Shown here: in pieces, positions 38,352-47,576 of the stretch | Layout: each line of letters begins with the position of its first letter | Position numbering within the stretch: the stretch's first letter is position 1 | The notes under the pieces: generated by a model | What the model saw: the letters and a program-made list of their open reading frames with translations, nothing else | The model's database searches: none | Told to the model about the DNA's origin: nothing | Assembly (NCBI GenBank): GCA_964416505.1 | Contig: CAYQEJ010000001.1 | Coordinates: 1,692 to 65,691 of the forward strand | Reading direction: 5' to 3' | Length of the DNA: 64,000 nt | From: an uncultured Gammaproteobacteria bacterium | Lineage (GTDB): Bacteria > Patescibacteriota > Microgenomatia > Levybacterales > UBA12049 | Translations under genes and position numbers: made by a program

Positions 38352-39617
38352 TTAGAATGACATTCCGAAGAAAGCCATCATTGCTGCGAAATTGAAAGAA
38401 AAATCAACTTCTGGCATTGTTGGCCATTCCCATGTTGGCATGTCACCAACGACGTTAACGTTGCCTGAGTTCGAAACTCCTGAATTTACAGTAGCATCTC
38501 CTGTCACGATGGAAGGATCTGTTTCTGGTGTTCCAGTGTTTGAATCAGCACCGTTATAGCCGGTTTTTGCGTTTAAATCACCGAGATCATTGTAAAGACC
38601 TGCATTATTTCCTTGTCCAACAGCTTGAACGCTATCGAGATTTAAAGTAATAATGTTGTCTGCATGATTGTGGTGTTTGTAGTGATGTGATGATGCATCA
38701 GCTCCGTTTCCAGAGATTTTTGCAGTAACATCCCATACACATCCGCAGTCAACATCTGCAAAGTTGAAGTTAACTGAATTGTCAACGTCAGCATTTACAG
38801 TTGCATTTCCAGTGTCGATCATTACATCTCCACCTGTGTTGAAGTTTGCATCGTTTCCACCTGTCTTTGCGTCTGCATCGACGTCGTTAGAAACGCTTGC
38901 ATTGTTCGACTGGCCTACTGTTGTAGTTTTAGCTAAGTCAGCGGTAATATAATTATCGCTTCCTGCGCCGTTACCAGAAATGATGAAGGATGCTGATGGA
39001 TTTGATCCACCATGATTCGAGCTAACTCTTGCGGAGTTAACGTTTGCTACAGTTGAAACGCTAACGTTTGATTTAGCATTTCCAGTGACGATTGAAACAT
39101 CTCCACCTGTATTCTTATAAGCATCGTTACCACCTGTTTTTGCGTTAGCATCAACATTGTTGTTAACATTTGCGTTATTAGATTGATTTACTGCTGTAAC
39201 TGTTCCCTGATTTAACTGGACACCATTGTCAGAATAAGCTCCGTTTCCAGAGATATTAACTGTGGTATTTCCAGATTGGCAACAATTAACTTCAGCTTGG
39301 TTAGAGTTGAGAACGTTAGTCACTGTTGTATTTGTTGTAGCATTACCTGTAGAAATAGTTGTATTTCCACCGGTATTGAAATTTGCATTATTTCCGCCTG
39401 TTGAAGCGTTTGAAGTAACGTTATTGTTAACGCTAGCTGTATTGTTCTGATTTACAACTGTTGTAGTGTTTTGTGAAACATTAGCCCAATTATCAGATCC
39501 TGCTCCATTGCCGGAAATTTCGATTGTTGTACCTGCGAAAGCTACTGGTGCGAAACCATTAGCTAATATTGCTACGGTTGCAATTGCTGTACCTAATCTT
39601 TTTTTGTAATCTGTCAT
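38352..39617 (-). CDS. Secreted Asn-rich repeat protein (major fibre subunit candidate)
   Basis: Signal YKKRLGTAIAT...APVAFA, four ISGNGAxS...AxTGGNxAxxNTGGDVxIxTGNA repeats, CC and CGC. Confidence 0.9.
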   Translation of the reverse strand: MTDYKKRLGTAIATVAILANGFAPVAFAGTTIEISGNGAGSDNWANVSQNTTTVVNQNNTASVNNNVTSNASTGGNNANFNTGGNTTISTGNATTNTTVTNVLNSNQAEVNCCQSGNTTVNISGNGAYSDNGVQLNQGTVTAVNQSNNANVNNNVDANAKTGGNDAYKNTGGDVSIVTGNAKSNVSVSTVANVNSARVSSNHGGSNPSASFIISGNGAGSDNYITADLAKTTTVGQSNNASVSNDVDADAKTGGNDANFNTGGDVMIDTGNATVNADVDNSVNFNFADVDCGCVWDVTAKISGNGADASSHHYKHHNHADNIITLNLDSVQAVGQGNNAGLYNDLGDLNAKTGYNGADSNTGTPETDPSIVTGDATVNSGVSNSGNVNVVGDMPTWEWPTMPEVDFSFNFAAMMAFFGMSF

Positions 39618-39696
39618 AAATATTTCACCCCCTCTCTTTTATAGGATCCGCTCGCCTAGGCGAACGCACTTCTAGTTCCCGCCTGTTTTCTTTTCG

Positions 39697-39749
39697 AAAA
39701 AAAACGGAGGCCTTCCCACATCAATACTGATGTGAAAAAGCCTCCGTTT
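39697..39749 (-). terminator. Leader terminator overlapping conserved hairpin B
   Basis: Minus strand AAACGGAGGC-TTTTT-CACATCA-GTAT-TGATGTG-GGAAG-GCCTCCG followed by T8. Confidence 0.85.
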
Positions 39750-39758
39750 GCGGTCAGC
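39740..39758 (-). promoter_or_regulatory. Conserved leader hairpin, copy B
   Basis: GCT-GA-CCG-CAAA-CGG-A-GGC; its 3' half is the 5' arm of the terminator. Confidence 0.8.
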
Positions 39759-39802
39759 TTGCTAGTTGTTAGTACAACGATATAACACTAAATAGCTTGT
39801 TG

Positions 39803-40018
39803 TCAATACTTAAAATTTAGGTTTATACCGGATCCTGAACCTTTTCGAATAATCGTTCCTGAAAATTGTTTTGTAGGTTTTGGAGTAAGATTAGTTTTTT
39901 TAATTATTCTTGTGGAGATTTGTGTTACTTCACCATTTTGTACGATAACTTCAACACTTCCGAAGGTGATATTATCAATTGCCTGACTGATTTCTTCAAT
40001 TATGGTTTTGTCTGCCAT
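39803..40018 (-). CDS. DUF2292/YezD family small protein
   Basis: IIEEISQAIDNITFGSVEVIVQNGEVTQI matches the family pattern (I..A...I.FGSVEI.VQDG.V.QI). Confidence 0.85.
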   Translation of the reverse strand: MADKTIIEEISQAIDNITFGSVEVIVQNGEVTQISTRIIKKTNLTPKPTKQFSGTIIRKGSGSGINLNFKY

Positions 40019-40021
40019 GAA

Positions 40022-40672
40022 TTATCTTTTTAAGTCGAGCGCAACGACTTCTTTTTTACCTTGTAGTTCTCCGATTAAAAGAACAATGTTTTTATCAGTA
40101 TCATTTATAGGAAGTCCGATTCTTGTGTATTTTGTGGATTTTGCTTGGATTTGAACAGGATCATTGTGAATTTCAGGAGCTAGCTGTTCGCTTGATCCGT
40201 TGACTTTTACTCTGACATAATCCTTTGCATTTACTTCAATTGTCTTTGTATAAGGGTTTGTGATTTTAAGATTAAAAATTAAGAAAGTTCTTCCTTGAAC
40301 TGCAGTTGCCAATTTTCCTTGATAAATAAATGAATCCTGAATATTTGCAGATTCAATTAGATAAGAAATATTTGCAACTGTTTTATTTTTGTCATCTTTA
40401 AGTGGAAATTCAAATTTCTTGTTTAATTCTTGAGTTGCGATTGGACTTGGTGCTGTGGTTCTAACATCAGAACTTGAGCCTTTGAAAAATATAGCCTTAG
40501 CTAAAAGAGTACCTAATACTAAAATTACCAATACGCCAAGAATTATTAAATAGTTTTTCTTTAAAGGAAGATTGATTTTTCGGGTTGTTAAGTTCTGTCT
40601 AAAAGTTGCAGTTTTTCCCTGCACTACTTCGAAAGATCTGGTGTAATAATTTGTAAATTGTTGTCTGCTCAT
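40022..40672 (-). CDS. Membrane-anchored beta-rich protein (DUF4352-like)
   Basis: Single TM then FLIFNLKITNP...IQAKSTK...IGLPI. Confidence 0.65.
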   Translation of the reverse strand: MSRQQFTNYYTRSFEVVQGKTATFRQNLTTRKINLPLKKNYLIILGVLVILVLGTLLAKAIFFKGSSSDVRTTAPSPIATQELNKKFEFPLKDDKNKTVANISYLIESANIQDSFIYQGKLATAVQGRTFLIFNLKITNPYTKTIEVNAKDYVRVKVNGSSEQLAPEIHNDPVQIQAKSTKYTRIGLPINDTDKNIVLLIGELQGKKEVVALDLKR

Positions 40673-40677
40673 TTAAT

Positions 40678-40747
40678 AAAAAAGCCCCTAAAACGGGGCA
40701 AGTTTTTTCTTTCGAAGATATTAACAAATGAACGAAATGAATGTCAA
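40678..40747 (-). promoter_or_regulatory. Promoter and terminator-like leader hairpin
   Basis: TTGACA-18-TAATAT, then GCCCC-GTTTTA-GGGGC-T6 just before the ATG at 40672. Confidence 0.6.
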
Positions 40748-40803
40748 TAGGAAAATTGTAAGAATTTTCAAAGTTTAATACTCTGCTATAATGAGCTCGA
40801 AAA

Positions 40804-42276
40804 ATGATTAAAAAAATAAAAATATTTCCTATTCTATTAAGTCTAATTTTGTTTTCGGCCGTATTTATCGGGTCTCTTTTTCCTCCATCAGACCCGGATT
40901 TGGGATGGCATTTAAAATATGGTCAGTACTTTTTCGAAAATAAAAGTGTATTAAAAGATAATACTTTTTCGCGACTTATGCCGGATTATAAATGGAATAA
41001 TTCTTCTTGGGGAACAGATCTTATTACCTTTAAATCTTATGATCTAGCTGGCTTTTTAGGTATTTCAATAGTTGGCGCTTTTGTTGTTACGCTTAGCTTT
41101 TATTTTATTACAAAATCAGCAAAATATGATTTATTTGAAAAATCCATTCTTTTCCCTATTCTTCTATTTTTAACTCTTCCGGTAAATCAAGTGTCTTTTA
41201 GAGGGCAAATTTTGAGCTTACTTTTGATGTCTATGATGTATTACTTTCTAACAAAATACGAAGAAAATGATAGAAGAATTTTATTATTAATTCCTTTTTT
41301 CACTCTCTGGGCTAATTTACATGGAGAATTTGTAATGGGTCTTGGATTATTTCTTTTATGGATAATTATTTATCTTATCAAAGAGTGGTATTTAAATTAC
41401 CAGAAAAAATTTAAAGAATTGTTTGTTAATAATAAATATTTATTTTTAACTTTTTTTGGTTCAGTAATTTCTTCAGTAATTAGTCCATTTGGGATTGGAG
41501 TTTATGAAGAGTCATTTGGACATTTTAGTGATCCTTTGCAGGCATCAATCGTAGAGTTTCTCCCACCTCAATCTTTTTCTCATGTATGGTGGCATCAGTT
41601 AATTATAGGAGTTGTGATTTCAATGGGAATTGTTATGGTAGGGTTATCTAAAAAGAATTTTGATTTGGCACCTTTTTCACTCCCCTCTTTTCTCCTTTTT
41701 ATTTTCTCTCTCTGGATCAGAAGATACATTTGGCCATTTTACTATAGTGCAATCTTTCTCATAAAACCTGTAATCAGCTTTTTAAAACCTCCCAGCAGAA
41801 AACATCAAGAAATTGTTGCTTTAGCTTTAAGTCTGGTATTTTTATTTGCAACAATATATCTAAAAAAAGATACTCTTATTAAAATTAAAAATATGACCTG
41901 GGAAGATTATTGTCAGATATCAGTATCCTGTTCTGCTAAATCTGTAGAATTTATCACTAAAAATAAATTGAACAATGAAAAGCTTTTAACGATTTATGAT
42001 TATGGTGGATGGATCATTTGGAATTATCCAGAAATTAAACCTACAATTGATGGAAGAATGCATTTATGGAGAAATGAAAAAAATTATAGCGCATTTGAAT
42101 ATTACTATCCCATTGAGCAAAACGAAAAAGGAGCAGATATAAATAAAACTTCCTTTGATTCTGTTTTAACCTCCAGACAAAAACCAATTTATTTTAAGCT
42201 CAATAATCTAGTAGCACAAGGATTATGGAAAAAGGTTTATGAAGATGCTAACTCTTCTGTCTTTATTAGAAATTAA
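40804..42276 (+). CDS. Multi-pass membrane protein, GT-C glycosyltransferase-like
   Basis: DPDLGWHLKYG, RGQ, LWANLHG, YGGWIIW, IDGR. Confidence 0.75.
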   Translation: MIKKIKIFPILLSLILFSAVFIGSLFPPSDPDLGWHLKYGQYFFENKSVLKDNTFSRLMPDYKWNNSSWGTDLITFKSYDLAGFLGISIVGAFVVTLSFYFITKSAKYDLFEKSILFPILLFLTLPVNQVSFRGQILSLLLMSMMYYFLTKYEENDRRILLLIPFFTLWANLHGEFVMGLGLFLLWIIIYLIKEWYLNYQKKFKELFVNNKYLFLTFFGSVISSVISPFGIGVYEESFGHFSDPLQASIVEFLPPQSFSHVWWHQLIIGVVISMGIVMVGLSKKNFDLAPFSLPSFLLFIFSLWIRRYIWPFYYSAIFLIKPVISFLKPPSRKHQEIVALALSLVFLFATIYLKKDTLIKIKNMTWEDYCQISVSCSAKSVEFITKNKLNNEKLLTIYDYGGWIIWNYPEIKPTIDGRMHLWRNEKNYSAFEYYYPIEQNEKGADINKTSFDSVLTSRQKPIYFKLNNLVAQGLWKKVYEDANSSVFIRN

Positions 42277-42316
42277 GTATTGAAATAACAATTTTTAAAA
42301 TGCCATACTAATTCTT

Positions 42317-43726
42317 ATGGCGCTTAAACCACTTGACGTAAAAGAACTTCCCCCACCCCCATCTTTTAAAAAATTAATAGGACCAAGTTTTATATTTTTA
42401 GGTTTGGGACTTGGAAGCGGGGAAATTATTCTCTGGCCATATCTTACAGCCAATTATGGCATGGGAATAATTTGGGCTGCAATCTTAGGAGTTACTTTTC
42501 AATTCTTCATGAATATGGAAATTGAAAGATATGCTCTTGTGCATGGGGAAAGTGTTTTTGTAGGGCTAGCTAGAAAAGTAAAACTCATCCCTTATTGGTT
42601 TCTTTTATCAACATTTATTCCATGGATTTGGCCTGGAATTGTAGCTTCTTCAGCAAAATTGTTCGGATCTACGATTGGGATCACAGACACAACTTATTTA
42701 ACGATTGGACTTCTGGTTCTTATTGGACTAATTCTTTCTTTTGGACCAGTTCTTTATAAAACTGTCGAAAACTTCCAGAAAGTTTTGGTACTTATCGGTG
42801 TTCCATCAATATTTATATTTACATTCGTAGTTTCAAAGTTTTCGGATTATCATGCTCTCGCACGAGGTGCAGTAGGTTTAGGAGAAAACTATTTTCTTTT
42901 TCCAGAAGGGATAATTATGGCATCTTTCCTAGCTGCATTTGCGTATGCTGGAGCCGGAGGTAATCTTAATTTAGCTCAGTCATTCTATGTGAGAGAAAAA
43001 GGATATGGAATGGGTAAATATGCTGGAAGAATTACCAGTCTTTTTATGAAAAAAGATGAAAGCATGAGTCTAACAGGCGCAAGATTTGAAGTAAATGAAT
43101 TAAGTTTAAATAATTTTAAAATTTGGTGGAAACATATAAATATAGAGCATCTAATAATTTTCTGGCTGCTGGGTGGTTTTACAATTGCATTTTTAGGACT
43201 TCTTGCTTACGCTTCTTCTTTTGGTAGAGAAAATATCCAAGGAATAGGATTTGTTCTGAATGAAGGAAAAGCTATAGGAGAAGCGTTATTTCCTTTTGCT
43301 GGGACTTTTTTTCTGATTATTGCAGGACTTATGCTTTTTGGAACTCAACTTACTGTTTTTGATGCGACATCCAGAATATTGTCCGAAAATATTGTACTCG
43401 CGGGTCATCAAAAGTTGTCTGAAAAGCATATTCCGAAAACATATTATTTTGTTTTATGGATTCAGATAATTGCGGGAATTTTCATTTTGCTTCTTGGTTT
43501 TACAGAACCATTAGCGCTTCTAACTACGGCTGCGATACTTAATGCTGTAGCCATGTTTGCCCATATAGGATTGACTCTCTGGCTCAACTCTACAAGTCTT
43601 CATAAGTTACTTAGGCCAAGTTTGTTAAGAAAAGTTGTAATGCTTGCAGCCTTTACTTTTTATGGTGGATTTAGTGCTTTTGTTGTTTTCGATAGGTTCA
43701 TAAAATCTTTTTTCCTAACCCAATAA
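42317..43726 (+). CDS. Nramp-like (APC superfamily) transporter
   Basis: GPSFIFLGLGLGSGEIILWP, about 11 TM helices. Confidence 0.75.
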   Translation: MALKPLDVKELPPPPSFKKLIGPSFIFLGLGLGSGEIILWPYLTANYGMGIIWAAILGVTFQFFMNMEIERYALVHGESVFVGLARKVKLIPYWFLLSTFIPWIWPGIVASSAKLFGSTIGITDTTYLTIGLLVLIGLILSFGPVLYKTVENFQKVLVLIGVPSIFIFTFVVSKFSDYHALARGAVGLGENYFLFPEGIIMASFLAAFAYAGAGGNLNLAQSFYVREKGYGMGKYAGRITSLFMKKDESMSLTGARFEVNELSLNNFKIWWKHINIEHLIIFWLLGGFTIAFLGLLAYASSFGRENIQGIGFVLNEGKAIGEALFPFAGTFFLIIAGLMLFGTQLTVFDATSRILSENIVLAGHQKLSEKHIPKTYYFVLWIQIIAGIFILLLGFTEPLALLTTAAILNAVAMFAHIGLTLWLNSTSLHKLLRPSLLRKVVMLAAFTFYGGFSAFVVFDRFIKSFFLTQ

Positions 43727-43768
43727 GACTTATAGTAATTTAAGTAAATTTATAGTATAATTCCCCAA

Positions 43769-44635
43769 ATGAAAGAATCACCAAGAAATCAGGGGTTAGA
43801 ACCTGTTTCGCAAAGATTATCAAGACGTTGGGAAACCGTTCGTAGAAGAGCCGGAGCTTCTGTGCTGTCAACAGCATTAGCGCTTACAGCTGTCGGATGT
43901 GCTCCATCTGATCCTGTTCCGACAGCGGAACCAACCCCTCGAGTAATTGATTTTGAAAGAGTTACAATCCCGGATTTAGGAATATCTTTAGAAACTCAAA
44001 AAGATTTAAAAATTGAAGATACTCCCCTATCAAAAGAAAATGTAAGAGAAGGCATAGTTTCAGTTTTAACTTTTCCACAAAAATCACCTGAATTACAACT
44101 ATTGGTAGGTCAGGGAAAAAGAATTGTGAAATTCAAAGCTAGTCTCGTTCCCTTAATAGATATAGATCATAATATTGTTATTACTGAATCAAGTGAAGTA
44201 AGTTCTCAATTGGCAGATTATCAAACATCTGTAGATGCGTTTACAGTTATGTCAGATGCTGATAGTAGAACAAGCTTTATTTCTCCAGTAGGTGAAGGGC
44301 AAGGAAGATACAAAGTTCCAGTGAACAGGGATCAATATAATCTAAGCGTAGAATTATGTAATAATTTTATAGCTATAGTGCCCGTAGGTGGAGCTAAGGA
44401 TGCTTTAAATCTTACTTTTGGTGAAGAGCAAAGAGACGGAGCGTTAACATGGGAATTAATTGGAAATGAAGTAGTGTGTAATTCATATGCTTTAGCAGTT
44501 GCTTCAAAAAAAGAAGGAGTAACATATGAAGATTATGCAGAGGCAGCCAGAGCAGAAAGTCTTCAAGATTTTGCATCACGCGGATTTTATGTTCCTTTTG
44601 TAGTTTTTCCTCAGGAAATCTGGTCTACTTTGTAA
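43769..44635 (+). CDS. Orphan lipoprotein
   Basis: Arg-rich n-region, hydrophobic stretch, lipobox AVGC; TATAAT 7 nt before ATG. Confidence 0.7.
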   Translation: MKESPRNQGLEPVSQRLSRRWETVRRRAGASVLSTALALTAVGCAPSDPVPTAEPTPRVIDFERVTIPDLGISLETQKDLKIEDTPLSKENVREGIVSVLTFPQKSPELQLLVGQGKRIVKFKASLVPLIDIDHNIVITESSEVSSQLADYQTSVDAFTVMSDADSRTSFISPVGEGQGRYKVPVNRDQYNLSVELCNNFIAIVPVGGAKDALNLTFGEEQRDGALTWELIGNEVVCNSYALAVASKKEGVTYEDYAEAARAESLQDFASRGFYVPFVVFPQEIWSTL

Positions 44636-45767
44636 AAGCTTCAGGGTGTCTTTCTTTTGCTCTCTGAATGATTCTCTCATACATCTTGTAACTAAGAACT
44701 TCTTGTGAAGTTGTTTCTGGTTCCCCCAAAGCTTTACTAGATAAAAAAGGTCCTCTATTTACTTCAAGTAAGACAAAGCTTCCATCCGATCTTTGCATAA
44801 AATCTATTCCCATGAAAGGAATGCCGGCTCTTAAAGCTAACCCAATCTTAGATGCTGCTTCAGTTAATTCTATTGGAATTACAGGAAGATCTGGATTTAT
44901 TCCCAGAGCTTTCAAGATATCTCTTTCTTCCTCTTCACTTTTTGGATCTCCATCAAGAAGCACCCTTCTTTTATCAGATGGGTTATTTGATACTATGCTC
45001 TTAGAATTTAAGAAAAACGGGCTTCTAGGGTCAGTTAATAAAATTGTTTTCTCGTCAGGTGAAGTAGGATTTATATCTTGAAGAGGCTTAGTCGGTTCAA
45101 TAGTAAGTCTTTTTTTATCTAATTTTCTGCGACCAGATCTAACAACTAGTCCATAATGAATTGCTCCATAAGCATCGACCAAGACTCTAAATGATGAATA
45201 TTGATCTCCAGGGGTTTCTACAAATTCTTCAAAAATCCATGATCTATTCCAATTAGGATTTGCGCCAGTATTTAGATAAAAATGTCCTGAAGAAGTTTCT
45301 CTTATAAGCTTTTCAATATAGTCTTGATCATGAAGTCTACCTTCGCTAAATCTTTGAATATATAGCATCCATGCCGAGAAACGAATTCTTTGTTCATGGG
45401 TTTCGAGGAAAAATTTATTTTTACCATTATTTTCAAAAGTATCTTTAGCAACAACTGGAATTCCTGAGTTAACCGCATCTCCAAGTTGAAAATTATGAGG
45501 TAAAGGTACTCCGGATACTGCTTCGGCAATTTGTCTTCTTTCCAACGCTGTAGGAATCTTGTGGGAAGTAAATGAATCAATTGATAATTCAAGCTGATTT
45601 TGTAAATTATGTCTTCCTCCTACTACTAAGCTATATCCATTTCTAAAAAATAAATTCTGAATTCCATCATGATCAAATTCTTCAAACCTATCATGTACTC
45701 TTAAAACTGGTACAGGAGATTTATGTAAATCTTCAGGCCTAACTGGAGGCCCCCATCTGTCTTGCAT
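44625..45767 (-). CDS. ATP-grasp fold protein (RimK-like C-terminus)
   Basis: PVVAK...GKNKF, IFEEFV, SFRVLV, MGIDFM...LLEVN. Confidence 0.7.
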   Translation of the reverse strand: MQDRWGPPVRPEDLHKSPVPVLRVHDRFEEFDHDGIQNLFFRNGYSLVVGGRHNLQNQLELSIDSFTSHKIPTALERRQIAEAVSGVPLPHNFQLGDAVNSGIPVVAKDTFENNGKNKFFLETHEQRIRFSAWMLYIQRFSEGRLHDQDYIEKLIRETSSGHFYLNTGANPNWNRSWIFEEFVETPGDQYSSFRVLVDAYGAIHYGLVVRSGRRKLDKKRLTIEPTKPLQDINPTSPDEKTILLTDPRSPFFLNSKSIVSNNPSDKRRVLLDGDPKSEEEERDILKALGINPDLPVIPIELTEAASKIGLALRAGIPFMGIDFMQRSDGSFVLLEVNRGPFLSSKALGEPETTSQEVLSYKMYERIIQRAKERHPEAFTK

Positions 45768-45809
45768 AGCCTCGTATTATAGGGTTAATTAAGATAGCAG
45801 TCAATTAAA

Positions 45810-46502
45810 TTATTTGATGCTTTTTATGAAGCCTTCTATCTGATCCAGGAATCCTGATTCTCTTATATCATGAAGGTGCCATTTGTGATTGTATTTATTT
45901 GTTGTGAAAATCTGAGCATTTGGAAGCAGTTTTAAAACATTTTCTCCCATTTTAGAAGATGCCATTCTGTCTTTTGAAGAGTAATAAAGCAATACTGGAA
46001 TATCTATTTTAGAAAAATTAATTTTATTAATGAATTTGAATTCACTTAGTGCCTTTGAAATATTAAGCTTATTAACTACCGGAAATCTCAATACATTTAC
46101 AGCTTTTCGAAAACCGAAGAAATGTGGCATTCCTGCAATTATTATTCCTTTTGTTTTTTCAGGATATTTTAAATAGTATTTTAGGGATAAAAGTCCTCCA
46201 TAGCTTGTTCCAAATAAGACAAATTTTCTACCATTGGATGAAGATTCTATTATCTGAGCTATATATTCAACACGATCTTTTTTAAAATCTTTCATTACAC
46301 CAAATCCAGGAAGATCAAAAGCTATTACACAGTAATTTTTCATAAGATGACGGGGCGGCAAATCTCCTATGTAATCAGAAAAACCATTAAAGTATCCATG
46401 AATAAAATAAATTAATGGGTTTTTAGGATCTCCATAAATCCAGATAGGAATTTCTCTTCCCCAGAGATTTAAATATTTTGTTTCTTTCTCGTCAGAAATC
46501 AT
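45810..46502 (-). CDS. Alpha/beta hydrolase
   Basis: FIHG, FDLPGFG, GTSYGG nucleophile elbow. Confidence 0.88.
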   Translation of the reverse strand: MISDEKETKYLNLWGREIPIWIYGDPKNPLIYFIHGYFNGFSDYIGDLPPRHLMKNYCVIAFDLPGFGVMKDFKKDRVEYIAQIIESSSNGRKFVLFGTSYGGLLSLKYYLKYPEKTKGIIIAGMPHFFGFRKAVNVLRFPVVNKLNISKALSEFKFINKINFSKIDIPVLLYYSSKDRMASSKMGENVLKLLPNAQIFTTNKYNHKWHLHDIRESGFLDQIEGFIKSIK

Positions 46503-46542
46503 ATGTTGATTATAACAATTATATTTGTGCTATATTTAATTT

Positions 46543-46740
46543 ATGGCAAAGAATTGGAAATATATTTTATTTGTAATTTTACTTTTAATTGGAATTTATA
46601 TGCTTACCGATCATTATCCTCCACTTCCTTTTAATCATGAGCAAATGGGACTGGGTGCAAATCATATGGCTCACCGAGGAGTAGGAATATTATTTATACT
46701 TGCCTCAATTTTCGTTTTCTGGAAACGAAAAAAAGCCTAG
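46543..46740 (+). CDS. Small two-TM membrane protein
   Basis: 65 aa with His-rich loop; -10 element 6 nt before ATG. Confidence 0.65.
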   Translation: MAKNWKYILFVILLLIGIYMLTDHYPPLPFNHEQMGLGANHMAHRGVGILFILASIFVFWKRKKA

Positions 46741-47489
46741 GAATTTTGGATAATTCGTGATTTTCTGCCTAGTATAGGTAATTCAGGAATTCCAGGAATT
46801 CTATCAATTCTTAAAAGTCCGTATTTATTTCCAAAATCTGTTATGGATTCATACTCAGGAATATGGGTAAATGGTACTCCTTGCATAACCAATTCTTCCA
46901 ACCACCTATCTATAGGTACTCCAAAATTTTTTAAAACAGAAGCTGGTGGAATTTGAACCAGCATAGGTCTGTAGTCTTTAAGTAAGCCGTATGCTTCGTT
47001 TAATGCCTGATAGCCAAATACGCCTTCAGTAGGAACATAATAAAGACCTGCTAAAGCTCTAGATATGACAAGATCTGCATCATTTCCTTCAAGTTCGGTT
47101 CTTAATCTTTGCCAAGTGCTCATGTCTCTTATATCTCCGGCTACCATTTTTATTCCCAAGGCATCATCTCTATCCTTACGGAATCCAAATCTATTATCAT
47201 GATTTCCGACGGCTACAAATTTTCCTGGTTTGCGCTGAAGTTCTCTTACGTGAAGGTCTTGGAGCATGCCCGTAGATGCCATAACATCAACTACCACAGG
47301 AAAATCAGATCCACGTAAAATATCTAGTATTTCTCCATCGTACTCTTCGAGCGGGTTAAGATCTTCCATATAGTGAGGAAGTCTTGTTTCGTAAGCTCCC
47401 CATGCGCCGCCTCCAGGACTAGTAAAATGACGATCTTGATATCTATCAAGCCTTCTACCATCTTTTGTAAAAGTTATTTTTTCTTGCAT
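46737..47489 (-). CDS. Orphan protein, SAM-dependent methyltransferase-like
   Basis: VVVDVMASTG motif I-like, VAGDI, ADLVISR. Confidence 0.6.
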   Translation of the reverse strand: MQEKITFTKDGRRLDRYQDRHFTSPGGGAWGAYETRLPHYMEDLNPLEEYDGEILDILRGSDFPVVVDVMASTGMLQDLHVRELQRKPGKFVAVGNHDNRFGFRKDRDDALGIKMVAGDIRDMSTWQRLRTELEGNDADLVISRALAGLYYVPTEGVFGYQALNEAYGLLKDYRPMLVQIPPASVLKNFGVPIDRWLEELVMQGVPFTHIPEYESITDFGNKYGLLRIDRIPGIPELPILGRKSRIIQNS

Positions 47490-47576
47490 TGCGGTATTAT
47501 ACTATAAGTCTAAAATTAGTTCAAAGTTGTATTTATTTTTGAATAAGACTAAAATGATTGCGTAATTTAAAAAAAT

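Noticed and set aside
34918-39617. Diversity-generating retroelement suggested by AAC/AAT-rich repeats
   Set aside because: No reverse transcriptase and no near-identical template/variable pair; the repeats are diverged protein-level repeats
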